Below, piece after piece: positions 17,260 through 26,127 of a DNA stretch of 64,000 nt. The translations under genes and the position numbers were made by a program. The stretch's first letter is position 1. The number at the start of each line of letters is the position of its first letter. This stretch comes from a virus. The DNA is taken from IMG/VR virus record IMGVR_UViG_3300013212_000072, positions 1-64,000 of that record. One strand, given 5' to 3'. The notes below the pieces were generated by a model. It was not told the DNA's origin. It saw nothing but the letters and a program-made list of their open reading frames with translations, and searched no databases.

Positions 17260-19110
17260 ATGAAAATTAATATAATAACTCGAGCTACTCGTCTGCAAAA
17301 TTTAAAGACTGTTAAAGAATCTGTTTTTAATAATATTCCAAGCGGATGTGAAATTAATTGGCACTTAGTATTTGACACTAAAAATCTTAAAGATATTGAT
17401 GCAGAATTACTATGTGATTTAAAAGATGATTCAACAACATATCATTTTGAAAAGGGAGACTCCATAGGAATGTTATATCCTCAATGTTCTGATATAATTT
17501 CAAAATTTGGAGAAGGTTGGGTTTATTTTTTAGATGATGACAATATTATTCATGAAGGTTTCTATGAATATGTTTTACAATCTTCATTAGAGAATCCAGA
17601 CAAAAAAGTTCATGTGGTTTCGCAGAATGTCGCAGGAAAGGATTTTACCAACTTAACATATAGAAAGGCAGCTCCTAAATATACAAAAGTACAGTGTATA
17701 GATTTAGCACAATATATCGTTAATACCGAAGTTTACAATAAATACGGATATAAATATTTACCTGACTATCGAGCAGATGGAATCCTTATAGGAACTATCC
17801 ACGCAGAACATCCTGAGTGGTTTACATTTACTGAATTAACATTATCACACTACAACTATCTCCAGAAAAACGCAAAAGCAAAACTTCCTAAAGTATTATA
17901 TATTGGTGATGATGAACCTGAATTAAAATCACTTAAAATACTAGATTACGAGGATGATAGTCTAGAGATTAAATACTTAAAGAATGATAATGATATTGCA
18001 ATATCATTAGCTTCATTTAAACCAGATGTTATTATAACCAGAGGGAAATCTTGGGAAGATTTCCCGGAAATGGCAAGCATGTCACTTCAATTTAGACGAA
18101 AATGGTTAAATCTTGACAAAGAAATTTCTATTGGAGATGTTGGACAAACTGCGTATCAATGTTCAATGGAAAGTATGTTGAACCCAGATGGATTAGAAGA
18201 TAGTTCAATGATTTCATACTTTACCCCAATATACAATACTGGTGAAAAACTATTCAATACGTATCAATCCTTACTAGACCAAACATACGGTAATTGGGAA
18301 TGGGTATTAGTAAATGATTCTTCCGATGGTGGAAAAACATTAAAAATAGCAGAATCTATTGCAGCAAAAGACCCAAGAGTACGTCTTTATGATTTTAGAG
18401 AAAAAAGCGGTGGAAATATTGGTGAGGTTAAATGGAGATGCTGTGTAATGGCTAAAGGTTTTATTTTAGCTGAATTAGACCATGATGATTTATTAGTTCC
18501 ATGGTGTACTGAAGATCTTTATAAAGCAGCTAAAAAACACCCAGAAGCCGGATTCTTTTTTAATGATACCGTTGAAGTTGATGAGAACTGGAATTCTTTA
18601 ACCTATCCAGAAGGATTTGCGCTCGGATACGGATCATATAGAAAAGAAGAGTATGCTGGACAGATAATGAATGTTTCTAATCAACAGAATATTAATCCAA
18701 AAACAATTAGACATATAGTTGGCGTACCAAATCATGTAAGAGCATGGAGACGATCTACATATTTTGAAGTCGGAGGACATAATAGAAGTCTTGTAATAGC
18801 CGACGATTATGAGTTGGTTGTGAGAACGTTCTTAAAAGCAATAACTTGTAAAATACCAAAATTAGGATACGTTCAATTCTTATACAATAATGCGAATGGA
18901 CAAAACACGCACAATTTATCTAGAGCAGATATCCAAAGGCGTGTAAGAACAATAAGTTATTATTATAACGAACAGATTAAAAATAGATTTGAAGAATTAG
19001 GATTAAAAGATTGGGCGCATGAAGAATGTCCATGGGCTCCTTTAAATACTGTCTCAAGATTTGGTCAAGAAGAGATGGCAGCAAATATAATATACAACGA
19101 AAATGAATAA
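17260..19110 (+). CDS. Two-domain GT-A (GT2-like) glycosyltransferase
   Basis: N-domain with YFLDDDN; C-domain with FTPIYN, EWVLVND.S.DG, AELDHDD and ADDYEL. Confidence 0.85.
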   Translation: MKINIITRATRLQNLKTVKESVFNNIPSGCEINWHLVFDTKNLKDIDAELLCDLKDDSTTYHFEKGDSIGMLYPQCSDIISKFGEGWVYFLDDDNIIHEGFYEYVLQSSLENPDKKVHVVSQNVAGKDFTNLTYRKAAPKYTKVQCIDLAQYIVNTEVYNKYGYKYLPDYRADGILIGTIHAEHPEWFTFTELTLSHYNYLQKNAKAKLPKVLYIGDDEPELKSLKILDYEDDSLEIKYLKNDNDIAISLASFKPDVIITRGKSWEDFPEMASMSLQFRRKWLNLDKEISIGDVGQTAYQCSMESMLNPDGLEDSSMISYFTPIYNTGEKLFNTYQSLLDQTYGNWEWVLVNDSSDGGKTLKIAESIAAKDPRVRLYDFREKSGGNIGEVKWRCCVMAKGFILAELDHDDLLVPWCTEDLYKAAKKHPEAGFFFNDTVEVDENWNSLTYPEGFALGYGSYRKEEYAGQIMNVSNQQNINPKTIRHIVGVPNHVRAWRRSTYFEVGGHNRSLVIADDYELVVRTFLKAITCKIPKLGYVQFLYNNANGQNTHNLSRADIQRRVRTISYYYNEQIKNRFEELGLKDWAHEECPWAPLNTVSRFGQEEMAANIIYNENE

Positions 19111-19321
19111 TACTTACGTAAAAATATGGGTTCATAATAGAGAATCTGACTTAATGATGGATTTCTTATTAGATAGAGTTGCTGAGCCTCCTCACTATAT
19201 AATTGACTATAAAGAAGTACCCAAATCCATTACAGGTGGATGGATCGAAATGACAATATCTTATGATAGGTACCTTAAACTTCGGCAGTCTCATGACCAT
19301 GTAGATACTACGCATCTTTAA
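19103..19321 (+). CDS. Hypothetical protein (weakly resembles 15941-16138)
   Basis: 72 aa; both proteins begin KI(W/H).. and contain ISY...RL/KL. Confidence 0.55.
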   Translation: MNNTYVKIWVHNRESDLMMDFLLDRVAEPPHYIIDYKEVPKSITGGWIEMTISYDRYLKLRQSHDHVDTTHL

Positions 19322-19352
19322 ACTTTTTTATTTTCTTGTGTATAATTAGTAT

Positions 19353-19601
19353 ATGGCAAAAAATATAAAAGAACCCAAAGTATATGTGGTTAAACCAAAG
19401 GTTGGAGAAAACTATTATTTTAAATTTGCGGGGAGTATTATGCATGGTGAATTAGTTTCCTTAAACGAAGCACTAACTAAATTGCATGGAATTCCACACT
19501 ATTGGATGAATGAAAAGTCAGACAGAAGTGTAAAAAAATGCGTATACCCAATATCGATTTATAAGATTTTTAAAGATTTAAACGACTCAAGATATGTATA
19601 A
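19353..19601 (+). CDS. Hypothetical protein
   Basis: 82 aa ORF behind a middle-type promoter. Confidence 0.6.
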   Translation: MAKNIKEPKVYVVKPKVGENYYFKFAGSIMHGELVSLNEALTKLHGIPHYWMNEKSDRSVKKCVYPISIYKIFKDLNDSRYV

Positions 19602-20325
19602 CACTAGCGAATTAAAGTCAATGTTATTTATTGACATTGAAACCTCTTCAGAATACCCAAATTACGAAGAATTTTGTATTAAAAGGCCAGGCGCCATAAA
19701 GCATTGGGCTAAAAAAGCAGAACAGCACAGAAATACTGAATCGCATTTAGTAAAACTTACCGATGCAGAAATGTATACTCACATGTCGGCACTTAGTCCA
19801 GAATTTAGTAAGGTTATTGTAATTTCTATGGGACAAATTAAATTCCAAGATGGTATTACAACCTCAAAAATTCGTTCTTTCTATAAGGGTAGTGAAACGG
19901 AAATTCTTAAAGAGTTTATGGGTACTGCTCAAGCTGTTTTTAATCAAAGTCCTTCAGTTCAATTTACTGGACATAATATTAAAAACTTTGATTTTCCATA
20001 TCTAATAAAAAGATCCATTGTAAATGGAGTAGCTATACCTCATCAATTTCATTTACAAAAGAAAAAACCTTGGGAAAACTGTCTTGTAGATACTTATGAA
20101 ATTTGGAAATTTGCAGGTTGGAATAGCGCATCATTAGATTTAATTTGTGACACTCTTAATATTCCATCTCCTAAAACTATAATGGAGGCAAGTAGTACTA
20201 CTGAAGAATATTGGAATGGTAATATTGAAAAAATAAAAACGTACTGCGAAGGAGATGTTAAAGCAACAATGAATGTGATGCTTAAAATATCAGGGATGGA
20301 TATGGTTGATGAGGTACCATTTTAA
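19594..20325 (+). CDS. DEDD 3'-5' exonuclease (PolB-exonuclease-like)
   Basis: FIDIET, GHNIKNFDFPY, SLD and YCEGDV motifs. Confidence 0.85.
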   Translation: MYNTSELKSMLFIDIETSSEYPNYEEFCIKRPGAIKHWAKKAEQHRNTESHLVKLTDAEMYTHMSALSPEFSKVIVISMGQIKFQDGITTSKIRSFYKGSETEILKEFMGTAQAVFNQSPSVQFTGHNIKNFDFPYLIKRSIVNGVAIPHQFHLQKKKPWENCLVDTYEIWKFAGWNSASLDLICDTLNIPSPKTIMEASSTTEEYWNGNIEKIKTYCEGDVKATMNVMLKISGMDMVDEVPF

Positions 20326-20408
20326 ATTGTTAATAACTTTTTGATAAAAAGTTTTACCGTGTCAAGAATTTGTATTATATTTACATATCAAATTAAAACC
20401 TTATAATC
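20325..20408 (+). promoter_or_regulatory. Repeated early promoter (dispersed copy)
   Basis: AATTGTTAATAACTTT...ATTATATTTACATATCAAATTAAAAC. Confidence 0.75.
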
Positions 20409-20702
20409 ATGGACGAAGACTTTAACAATTTATTTGAAGAACAAGAAAACGAAATCGACACTATTAAAAAAGAAGCCGAAATGAATAACGTAATGTATGA
20501 TTTGAAAATCAAACTTGCAAATGAAAATTATGAATCAATAATTTCTAAAGGGGTTGATTTTAAATTAATGGAAAAACAAGAAATCGATATTAGACCCATT
20601 GTTAAAATACTGGGAGATATGTTAGAACTTTTTGAAGAACGCGAAGAGTACGAAAAATGCGCAAAAATAAATAAGATACTTAAGAAAGCAAAGGTCCTAT
20701 AG
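20409..20702 (+). CDS. UVR-motif small protein 2
   Basis: C-terminal FEEREEYEKCAKINKIL. Confidence 0.7.
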   Translation: MDEDFNNLFEEQENEIDTIKKEAEMNNVMYDLKIKLANENYESIISKGVDFKLMEKQEIDIRPIVKILGDMLELFEEREEYEKCAKINKILKKAKVL

Positions 20703-20716
20703 GACCTTTTTTTTTT
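20690..20716 (+). terminator. Intrinsic terminator
   Basis: AAAGGTCCTATAGGACCTTT palindrome followed by poly-T. Confidence 0.8.
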
Positions 20717-20747
20717 AATATATAATGTACTAATAAAGTATATCGAT

Positions 20748-20957
20748 ATGAACGAAGAATTATTAAAAAAGATTGCAGATAGTCTGGAAAGAATTGCAAT
20801 TTGCATGGAAAACAAACAGCTAAGAGAAATTGCGACTTATAGAAAAGGTCAAGCTTCATTAATTGCCGAGAAAAAAGAAGCTAGCAAGAATCAGGTAAAA
20901 TCTGCTCCGATTCCTATAGTAAAGCAGACGGTTAGAGTTAGAAATTCTAAAAAATAA
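20748..20957 (+). CDS. Hypothetical protein
   Basis: 69 aa with LKKIADSLERIA. Confidence 0.6.
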   Translation: MNEELLKKIADSLERIAICMENKQLREIATYRKGQASLIAEKKEASKNQVKSAPIPIVKQTVRVRNSKK

Positions 20958-20963
20958 ACTCTA

Positions 20964-21791
20964 ATGAATTATTACGAAACTCTTAATGTTTCAAAGAATG
21001 CTACTCCTGAAGAGATTAAAAAATCTTATAGGAAACTTGTAAAAGAGCATCACCCTGACAAAACAGGGGGAGACGACACACAATTCAAAAAAATATCTGA
21101 AGCATACGAAACTCTTTCTGACTCTGTCAAAAAAGAGCAGTATGATAATCCATCTAGAGGACATAATCCTTTTAACAATTTCCATGGATATCAAGATACA
21201 TCAAATCCATTTGCGCACGCCTTTCGAGGATTTGGTGGAGATTTTGCTGATATGTTTAATCAATCGTTTGGCGGAGAAGCAAGAGGATCTGACGTTAGAG
21301 TTATGCTCAACATAACTCTTGAAGAATCTTATGATGGTTCGAGAAAATATATTGATGTTGGTACTGGTGGATTTAATATCAATATACCTCGAGGAATTTT
21401 GAATGGAACAAAACTTAAAATTCCAGGTAAAGGAGCTAACCATCCTGTAAATTCATCTGCACCTCCAGGCGATATTATTCTAATTGTCAATGTTTTACCA
21501 GACCCTGAACTTATTGTTAACGGTAGTGATATTTATGTTGATTTAAACTTAAGTTGGATTGACATCTTGCTTGGAGGAGAATTTGAAATTCGTACCAAAC
21601 TAAAGTCTATTAAAATAAAAGTTCCTCAAGGTTCTCATGAGTCACAATTGCTGCGAGTAGTTGGGCAAGGAATGCCAATATATAATTCAGAAGGATTCGG
21701 AAATCTTATGGTAAAATTAAGAACTCTTCCTATAACTTTAACCGAACCCGAAATAGAATTACTTAAAAAGATAAAAAATCAAAATGAGTAG
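20964..21791 (+). CDS. dnaJ: DnaJ/CbpA-type co-chaperone (class B, no zinc finger)
   Basis: J-domain with HPD, a G/F linker and a C-terminal domain (GDI.L, G.GMP). Confidence 0.9.
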   Translation: MNYYETLNVSKNATPEEIKKSYRKLVKEHHPDKTGGDDTQFKKISEAYETLSDSVKKEQYDNPSRGHNPFNNFHGYQDTSNPFAHAFRGFGGDFADMFNQSFGGEARGSDVRVMLNITLEESYDGSRKYIDVGTGGFNINIPRGILNGTKLKIPGKGANHPVNSSAPPGDIILIVNVLPDPELIVNGSDIYVDLNLSWIDILLGGEFEIRTKLKSIKIKVPQGSHESQLLRVVGQGMPIYNSEGFGNLMVKLRTLPITLTEPEIELLKKIKNQNE

Positions 21792-22038
21792 CATTGAAGA
21801 AAGCCCGGAAGAATCAAGAAAATTTATAAAAAAACTACACGAAGCATCCAAAGAAGATATGATGGATGTTATGTACTCTTCTATTGTCAATGGTAAAATG
21901 GGAGCATTAAAGCACGATGGAACCATTGAAGAAAAAATAGAAGGAGTAAAAACGGTTCTTAATTTCTTTAAAGATAAAGAAGATTATGAAAAATGTAAAG
22001 AACTCAAAAAAATAATCGAAAAGTTGTCAATAATATAA
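21784..22038 (+). CDS. UVR-motif small protein 3
   Basis: C-terminal FKDKEDYEKCKELKKII. Confidence 0.7.
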   Translation: MSSIEESPEESRKFIKKLHEASKEDMMDVMYSSIVNGKMGALKHDGTIEEKIEGVKTVLNFFKDKEDYEKCKELKKIIEKLSII

Positions 22039-22132
22039 TATAGTAACCTTTTTAGCCCGGTTATATTAAAAGTGCTTAGCTAAAAATATATATTATATGT
22101 GGCTATAGCCACTTTAAAAACATTAAGGCAAG

Positions 22133-22390
22133 ATGGGAGATATTACAGGGGAGGAAAGAGATTCTCTGATGAGGTCCAGCTACTATATACTTACTAGAAA
22201 TTTTACTAAAACCATTAATAGATTTGTTGTTTATAATGATGGTAATCACACAATCGATATTCCACATGGAATCGGACAGCGAAGCAAATTCGTAGATGTC
22301 CTAATAGAATATTTCGTTGAGTTAGAGGAATATGAAAAATGCGATTCGCTCAAGAAATTAAAAGAACTAGTCATAATGACTGGTGATTAA
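22133..22390 (+). CDS. UVR-motif small protein 4
   Basis: C-terminal YFVELEEYEKCDSLKKL. Confidence 0.7.
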   Translation: MGDITGEERDSLMRSSYYILTRNFTKTINRFVVYNDGNHTIDIPHGIGQRSKFVDVLIEYFVELEEYEKCDSLKKLKELVIMTGD

Positions 22391-22406
22391 ATATATACAA
22401 ATTTGT

Positions 22407-23156
22407 ATGCAAAAAAGAACAGTGGAAAGTAAATCAAAAACAACTAAAGCAAAACCCACAACTACTAAAAATCCAATTGGACGTCCTAAAAAAACAGTAG
22501 TAAAAGAATTAGATTTAGTAGGAGTACAATTAAAGCCGTCTCAATATGATTATTTTGAAAAAATTAAAAAAAATGAAATAACATTCTGTTCTGGTCCTGC
22601 TGGAACTTCAAAAACATTTACGGCATGTTATACTTCCCTATGGTTGCTAGCAACAAAAGGAGTTTCAAAAATTATTTTATGTAAACCAATTCAAGAATCC
22701 GGAGAAAAACTTGGATTCCTACCTGGAGATATTGCAGACAAGGTTGACCCTTACATGCAATCATATATTTCAAATTTTAAAAAAATAGTAGGTGATGAAT
22801 TAACCGAAGGTTTAATTGCTTCAGGTGCTATTGAATTTAAGCCACTTGCATTTATGAGGGGTGATACATTTGATGATGCGTTTATGATTCTAGATGAAGC
22901 GCAAAATGCTCCATGGAATGCTCTTATACTATTTATTACTAGAATGGGTAAAAATTCTAAAGTACTAGTATCTGGAGATATAAGTCAGTATGATATTGCA
23001 AAAGATAAGGTAACATTTCATAAATTCATAGAAATGTATAAACCAGTACATGGTGTTGGAGTTCATGAGTTTGGGATTAAAGACATTGTGCGTGCAAAAA
23101 TATTACAAGAAATTGTAAGCATTTATGATAAATGGAAATCCGATAATAATCTTTAA
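22407..23156 (+). CDS. phoH: PhoH-family ATPase with a replacement C-terminus
   Basis: GPAGTSKT, LGFLPGD, FMRG.TF, ILDEAQN and GDISQYD. The ATG at 22407 is preferred over the GTG at 22383. Confidence 0.92.
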   Translation: MQKRTVESKSKTTKAKPTTTKNPIGRPKKTVVKELDLVGVQLKPSQYDYFEKIKKNEITFCSGPAGTSKTFTACYTSLWLLATKGVSKIILCKPIQESGEKLGFLPGDIADKVDPYMQSYISNFKKIVGDELTEGLIASGAIEFKPLAFMRGDTFDDAFMILDEAQNAPWNALILFITRMGKNSKVLVSGDISQYDIAKDKVTFHKFIEMYKPVHGVGVHEFGIKDIVRAKILQEIVSIYDKWKSDNNL

Positions 23157-23278
23157 TACATAAATAAAGTTGCGTATGAGATGTTGATTTTGTAGTTATT
23201 TTCATGAAATTTTCATATGCAACTTTTTTATAATTTTTTGGTGATATATAATCTAACTACAAATATATTATCAACATC

Positions 23279-24073
23279 ATGAAAAACTACAAATATTATT
23301 ATGTTTATAGAATAACTAATACTTTACATAATAAACATTACTACGGCTACAGATCTTCTAATACCTCACCTTTATTAGATATTGGTATTAAATATTTTTC
23401 TTCGAGCAGAGATAAAGATTTTATAAAAGACCAAATTGAAAATCCAAATAATTATAAATATGTTGTTGTTAGGGTTTTCGAAAATAGGGAAGATGCACAT
23501 AATTTAGAAATAGAACTGCATGCAAAATTCAATGTAGGTATTAATCCATCATTTTATAATAGAGCAAAAGCAACTAGTTCTAGATTTTCAATAACTGGAA
23601 CTTCTCTATCAGATGAAACCAAAAAAAGAATGTCAATATCACATAAAGGCAGGATTGTTTCTCAAGAAACTAGAGATAAAATATCGAATGCTAACAAAGG
23701 AAAAAAGCATACGGATAAATTTAAAGATAAAATTAGAAATCGAGCGCAAGGAAATTCATATCATAAAAATAAAAAGCATACTGAAGATTCAAAGGTTAAG
23801 ATGAGCAATTCACTTAAAGGAAAGAAAGCATGGAATAAAGGTATAAAGACTCCGGATGAAGTTAAAGCAAAACAATCATTAGCTAAATTAAATATGACTC
23901 AAGAGCAAAAAGATAAAATGCATTCTTGGAAAAAAGGTCGACCATTATCTGAAGAAACTAAGAAAAAATTATCAAAACCTCAAACAAAGGTAGAATGTCT
24001 ATATTGTAATAAAATTGGAGGTATTTCTGCAATGAAACAATATCATTTCGATAATTGCAAACAAAAAATATGA
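23279..24073 (+). mobile_element. Free-standing GIY-YIG homing endonuclease with NUMOD3 repeats
   Basis: YVYRITN...YYGY, YFSSS, repeated ETK.KMS/H.E..K.K.S units and C-terminal C..C...HFDNCK. Confidence 0.85.
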
Positions 24074-24239
24074 TATACCAAAAGCAAGTGCAGGTCTTCC
24101 AGGATTCATGCAGCTAATGAAGGGAATTAAAGGAACAGGAGAACATGTTTTTGAGAATAAAGATATTGTAAGAGCTAAAATACTTCAAGATGTTGTAGAC
24201 AGATACGACAAATGGAGAGTTGAAAATCCTGAAAAATAA
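24069..24239 (+). pseudogene. Stranded original 3' end of phoH
   Basis: Reads YDIPKASAGLPGFMQLMKGIKGTGEHVFENKDIVRAKILQDVVDRYDKWRVENPEK*, collinear with the PhoH C-terminus. Confidence 0.85.
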
Positions 24240-24284
24240 GAAACTATCTGGAATCCATCTATATAATACGTATAAAACATATAG

Positions 24285-24917
24285 ATGGAAACCAGACAAA
24301 TACTACTTAAGCACTCCTACACAGGAGATGAATCAATTATAGAAATTGGTGTTGATGAGGCTGGCCGAGGTTCACTAAGTGGACCTGTTACGGTAGCCGC
24401 ATGTATAATGCCATTTGGATTTGAAAACCCCCTGATCAAAGATTCAAAACTATTAAATGAGCAACAGCGAAAAGAGGCTCGTCGAATTATCGAGGAAAAC
24501 GCTATTGCATATCACATTGAACATATATCTCCCGAAGATATTGAGGCAACTAATATCTTAAAAGCAACCTTAATTGGAATGCAACGATGTTTAGAAGGTG
24601 TAAAGAATAATGCATTATTTGACTTTATATTAGTTGATGGCGACCAATTCCACGGATTTGAAGGAATTCCTTTTGAAACAGTAGTTGGAGGAGACAATAA
24701 ATATATTTCAATTGCTGCTGCAAGTATTCTAGCCAAAACCGAACGGGATTCAGTTATGAAAGATTTGGATATTGAGATTCCCGGATATGGCTGGAATTCA
24801 AATAAAGGGTATGGCACCGCGGCACATTTAATTGCAATTAAAGAATTAGGCCCAAGTAAGTATCATAGAATGAGTTTTATATCGCATTTGTTAACATCAA
24901 CTAATTCTTTATTTTAA
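24285..24917 (+). CDS. rnhB: Ribonuclease HII
   Basis: GVDEAGRG, DSKLL, VDG, SIAAASILAK, NKGYGT and HRMSF. Confidence 0.95.
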   Translation: METRQILLKHSYTGDESIIEIGVDEAGRGSLSGPVTVAACIMPFGFENPLIKDSKLLNEQQRKEARRIIEENAIAYHIEHISPEDIEATNILKATLIGMQRCLEGVKNNALFDFILVDGDQFHGFEGIPFETVVGGDNKYISIAAASILAKTERDSVMKDLDIEIPGYGWNSNKGYGTAAHLIAIKELGPSKYHRMSFISHLLTSTNSLF

Positions 24918-25047
24918 AATATTTTTAAAGGGTCTCTACTTATACATATATTTTGTTTGTCGTTATTCTAAAATAGTTTGTCTAGAGGCCCTTTTTTCTT
25001 ATGATGTGAGATATATAATATAACGACAAACAAAAATATTATATTAA

Positions 25048-25690
25048 ATGTACATCTACAAGACAACAAACAACAAACAACATCAACAACAAAATTTATA
25101 TTGGACTATCTACTAGATTAGTAGAAGAGTCGAAAGATTACTTTGGTTCCGGATTAAAATTAAATAAAGCTATTCAAAAATATGGCAAAGAAAATTTTAC
25201 TAAAGAAATAATAGAAAGTGGTATAGCAAATAAAGAGTTATTAAATGCTCGAGAAGTGTATTGGATATCCTATTACAATTCGACTGATAAATATGTTGGA
25301 TATAATATTTCAAATGGAGGTACTGGAGGAGATATGATAACTAATAATCCTAATAAAAATAAAATTTTAGAAAAAATATCTATTGCGGTAAAAAAATCAT
25401 GGAATGATGACCGTAAAGAACATTATAAAAAATTATGGGAAGGTTCTAACAATCCTAATTATGGTAAAGAATTCTCAGAGGAACACAGAAAAAAGATTAG
25501 AGAAGGTGGGATTGGAAATACTAATGCAGCAGTACCTTGCTCAAACGAAAAGAAAAATAAGATTAGTAAAAAATTAAAAGGAATTAAACAGATTGTGGTT
25601 GAATGTCCACATTGTAAGTTAACCGGAGGAAACCCTATAATGAGAAGATACCATTTTGATAATTGCAAGCAAATAAAAAATAAAAAATGA
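25048..25690 (+). pseudogene. GIY-YIG homing endonuclease frameshifted by a 7-nt tandem duplication
   Basis: MYIYKTTN, then an extra ACAACAA unit (25063-25082), then INNKIYIG...YFGSG...GYNIS.GG.GG in the frame of the 25256-25690 ORF. Confidence 0.8.
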
Positions 25691-26031
25691 GATCGTTAAT
25701 TTATGGTATTCTATTGTTCCTATTTGGACAATCGTTTATATGGTTCCAAACAAACGGACAGTTTATGTGGCCATGGTTTAAAAAGAATCCACTCCTAGTT
25801 GCAATAATTGGAGGGTCTACAATATCATACGTTTTTATAGAGGCAACCAGAATGATTGCAGAATATTATGACGGACAATTATGGCCTGGAAGATTTATTG
25901 GATTTTCAATGGGCATGATTTCATTCTCTATATTAACATATTACATAATGAATGAGCCACTAAACGCAAAGACCATAATCTGTTTGATACTTTCATTAGC
26001 CCTAATCTGTGTCCAAATATTTTGGAAATAA
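25687..26031 (+). CDS. Small membrane protein with four TM helices (DMT/SMR-like)
   Basis: 114 aa hydrophobic ORF with an NEPL..K motif before the last helix. Confidence 0.6.
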   Translation: MRSLIYGILLFLFGQSFIWFQTNGQFMWPWFKKNPLLVAIIGGSTISYVFIEATRMIAEYYDGQLWPGRFIGFSMGMISFSILTYYIMNEPLNAKTIICLILSLALICVQIFWK

Positions 26032-26127
26032 CATTAACAAAAAATTAACATAATTTTAACAACCCAGATTTTCGGATCTGGGTTTTTTTGATTATATTTA
26101 CATATCTAATTAAAACAAAGAAATATT
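26032..26127 (+). promoter_or_regulatory. Early promoter with an embedded terminator hairpin
   Basis: TTAACA x3, AACCCAGAT-TTTCGG-ATCTGGGTT-T-run, then GATTATATTTACATATCTAATTAAAAC. Confidence 0.8.

Noticed and set aside
22989-24068. Group I intron in phoH
   Set aside because: No recognisable catalytic core, and the insert begins with an in-frame complete PhoH C-terminus, so splicing is unnecessary. Not formally excluded without RT-PCR.
24285-25690. Stranded rnhB 3' end after the second endonuclease
   Set aside because: The next gene starts immediately at 25687 and no remnant is visible.
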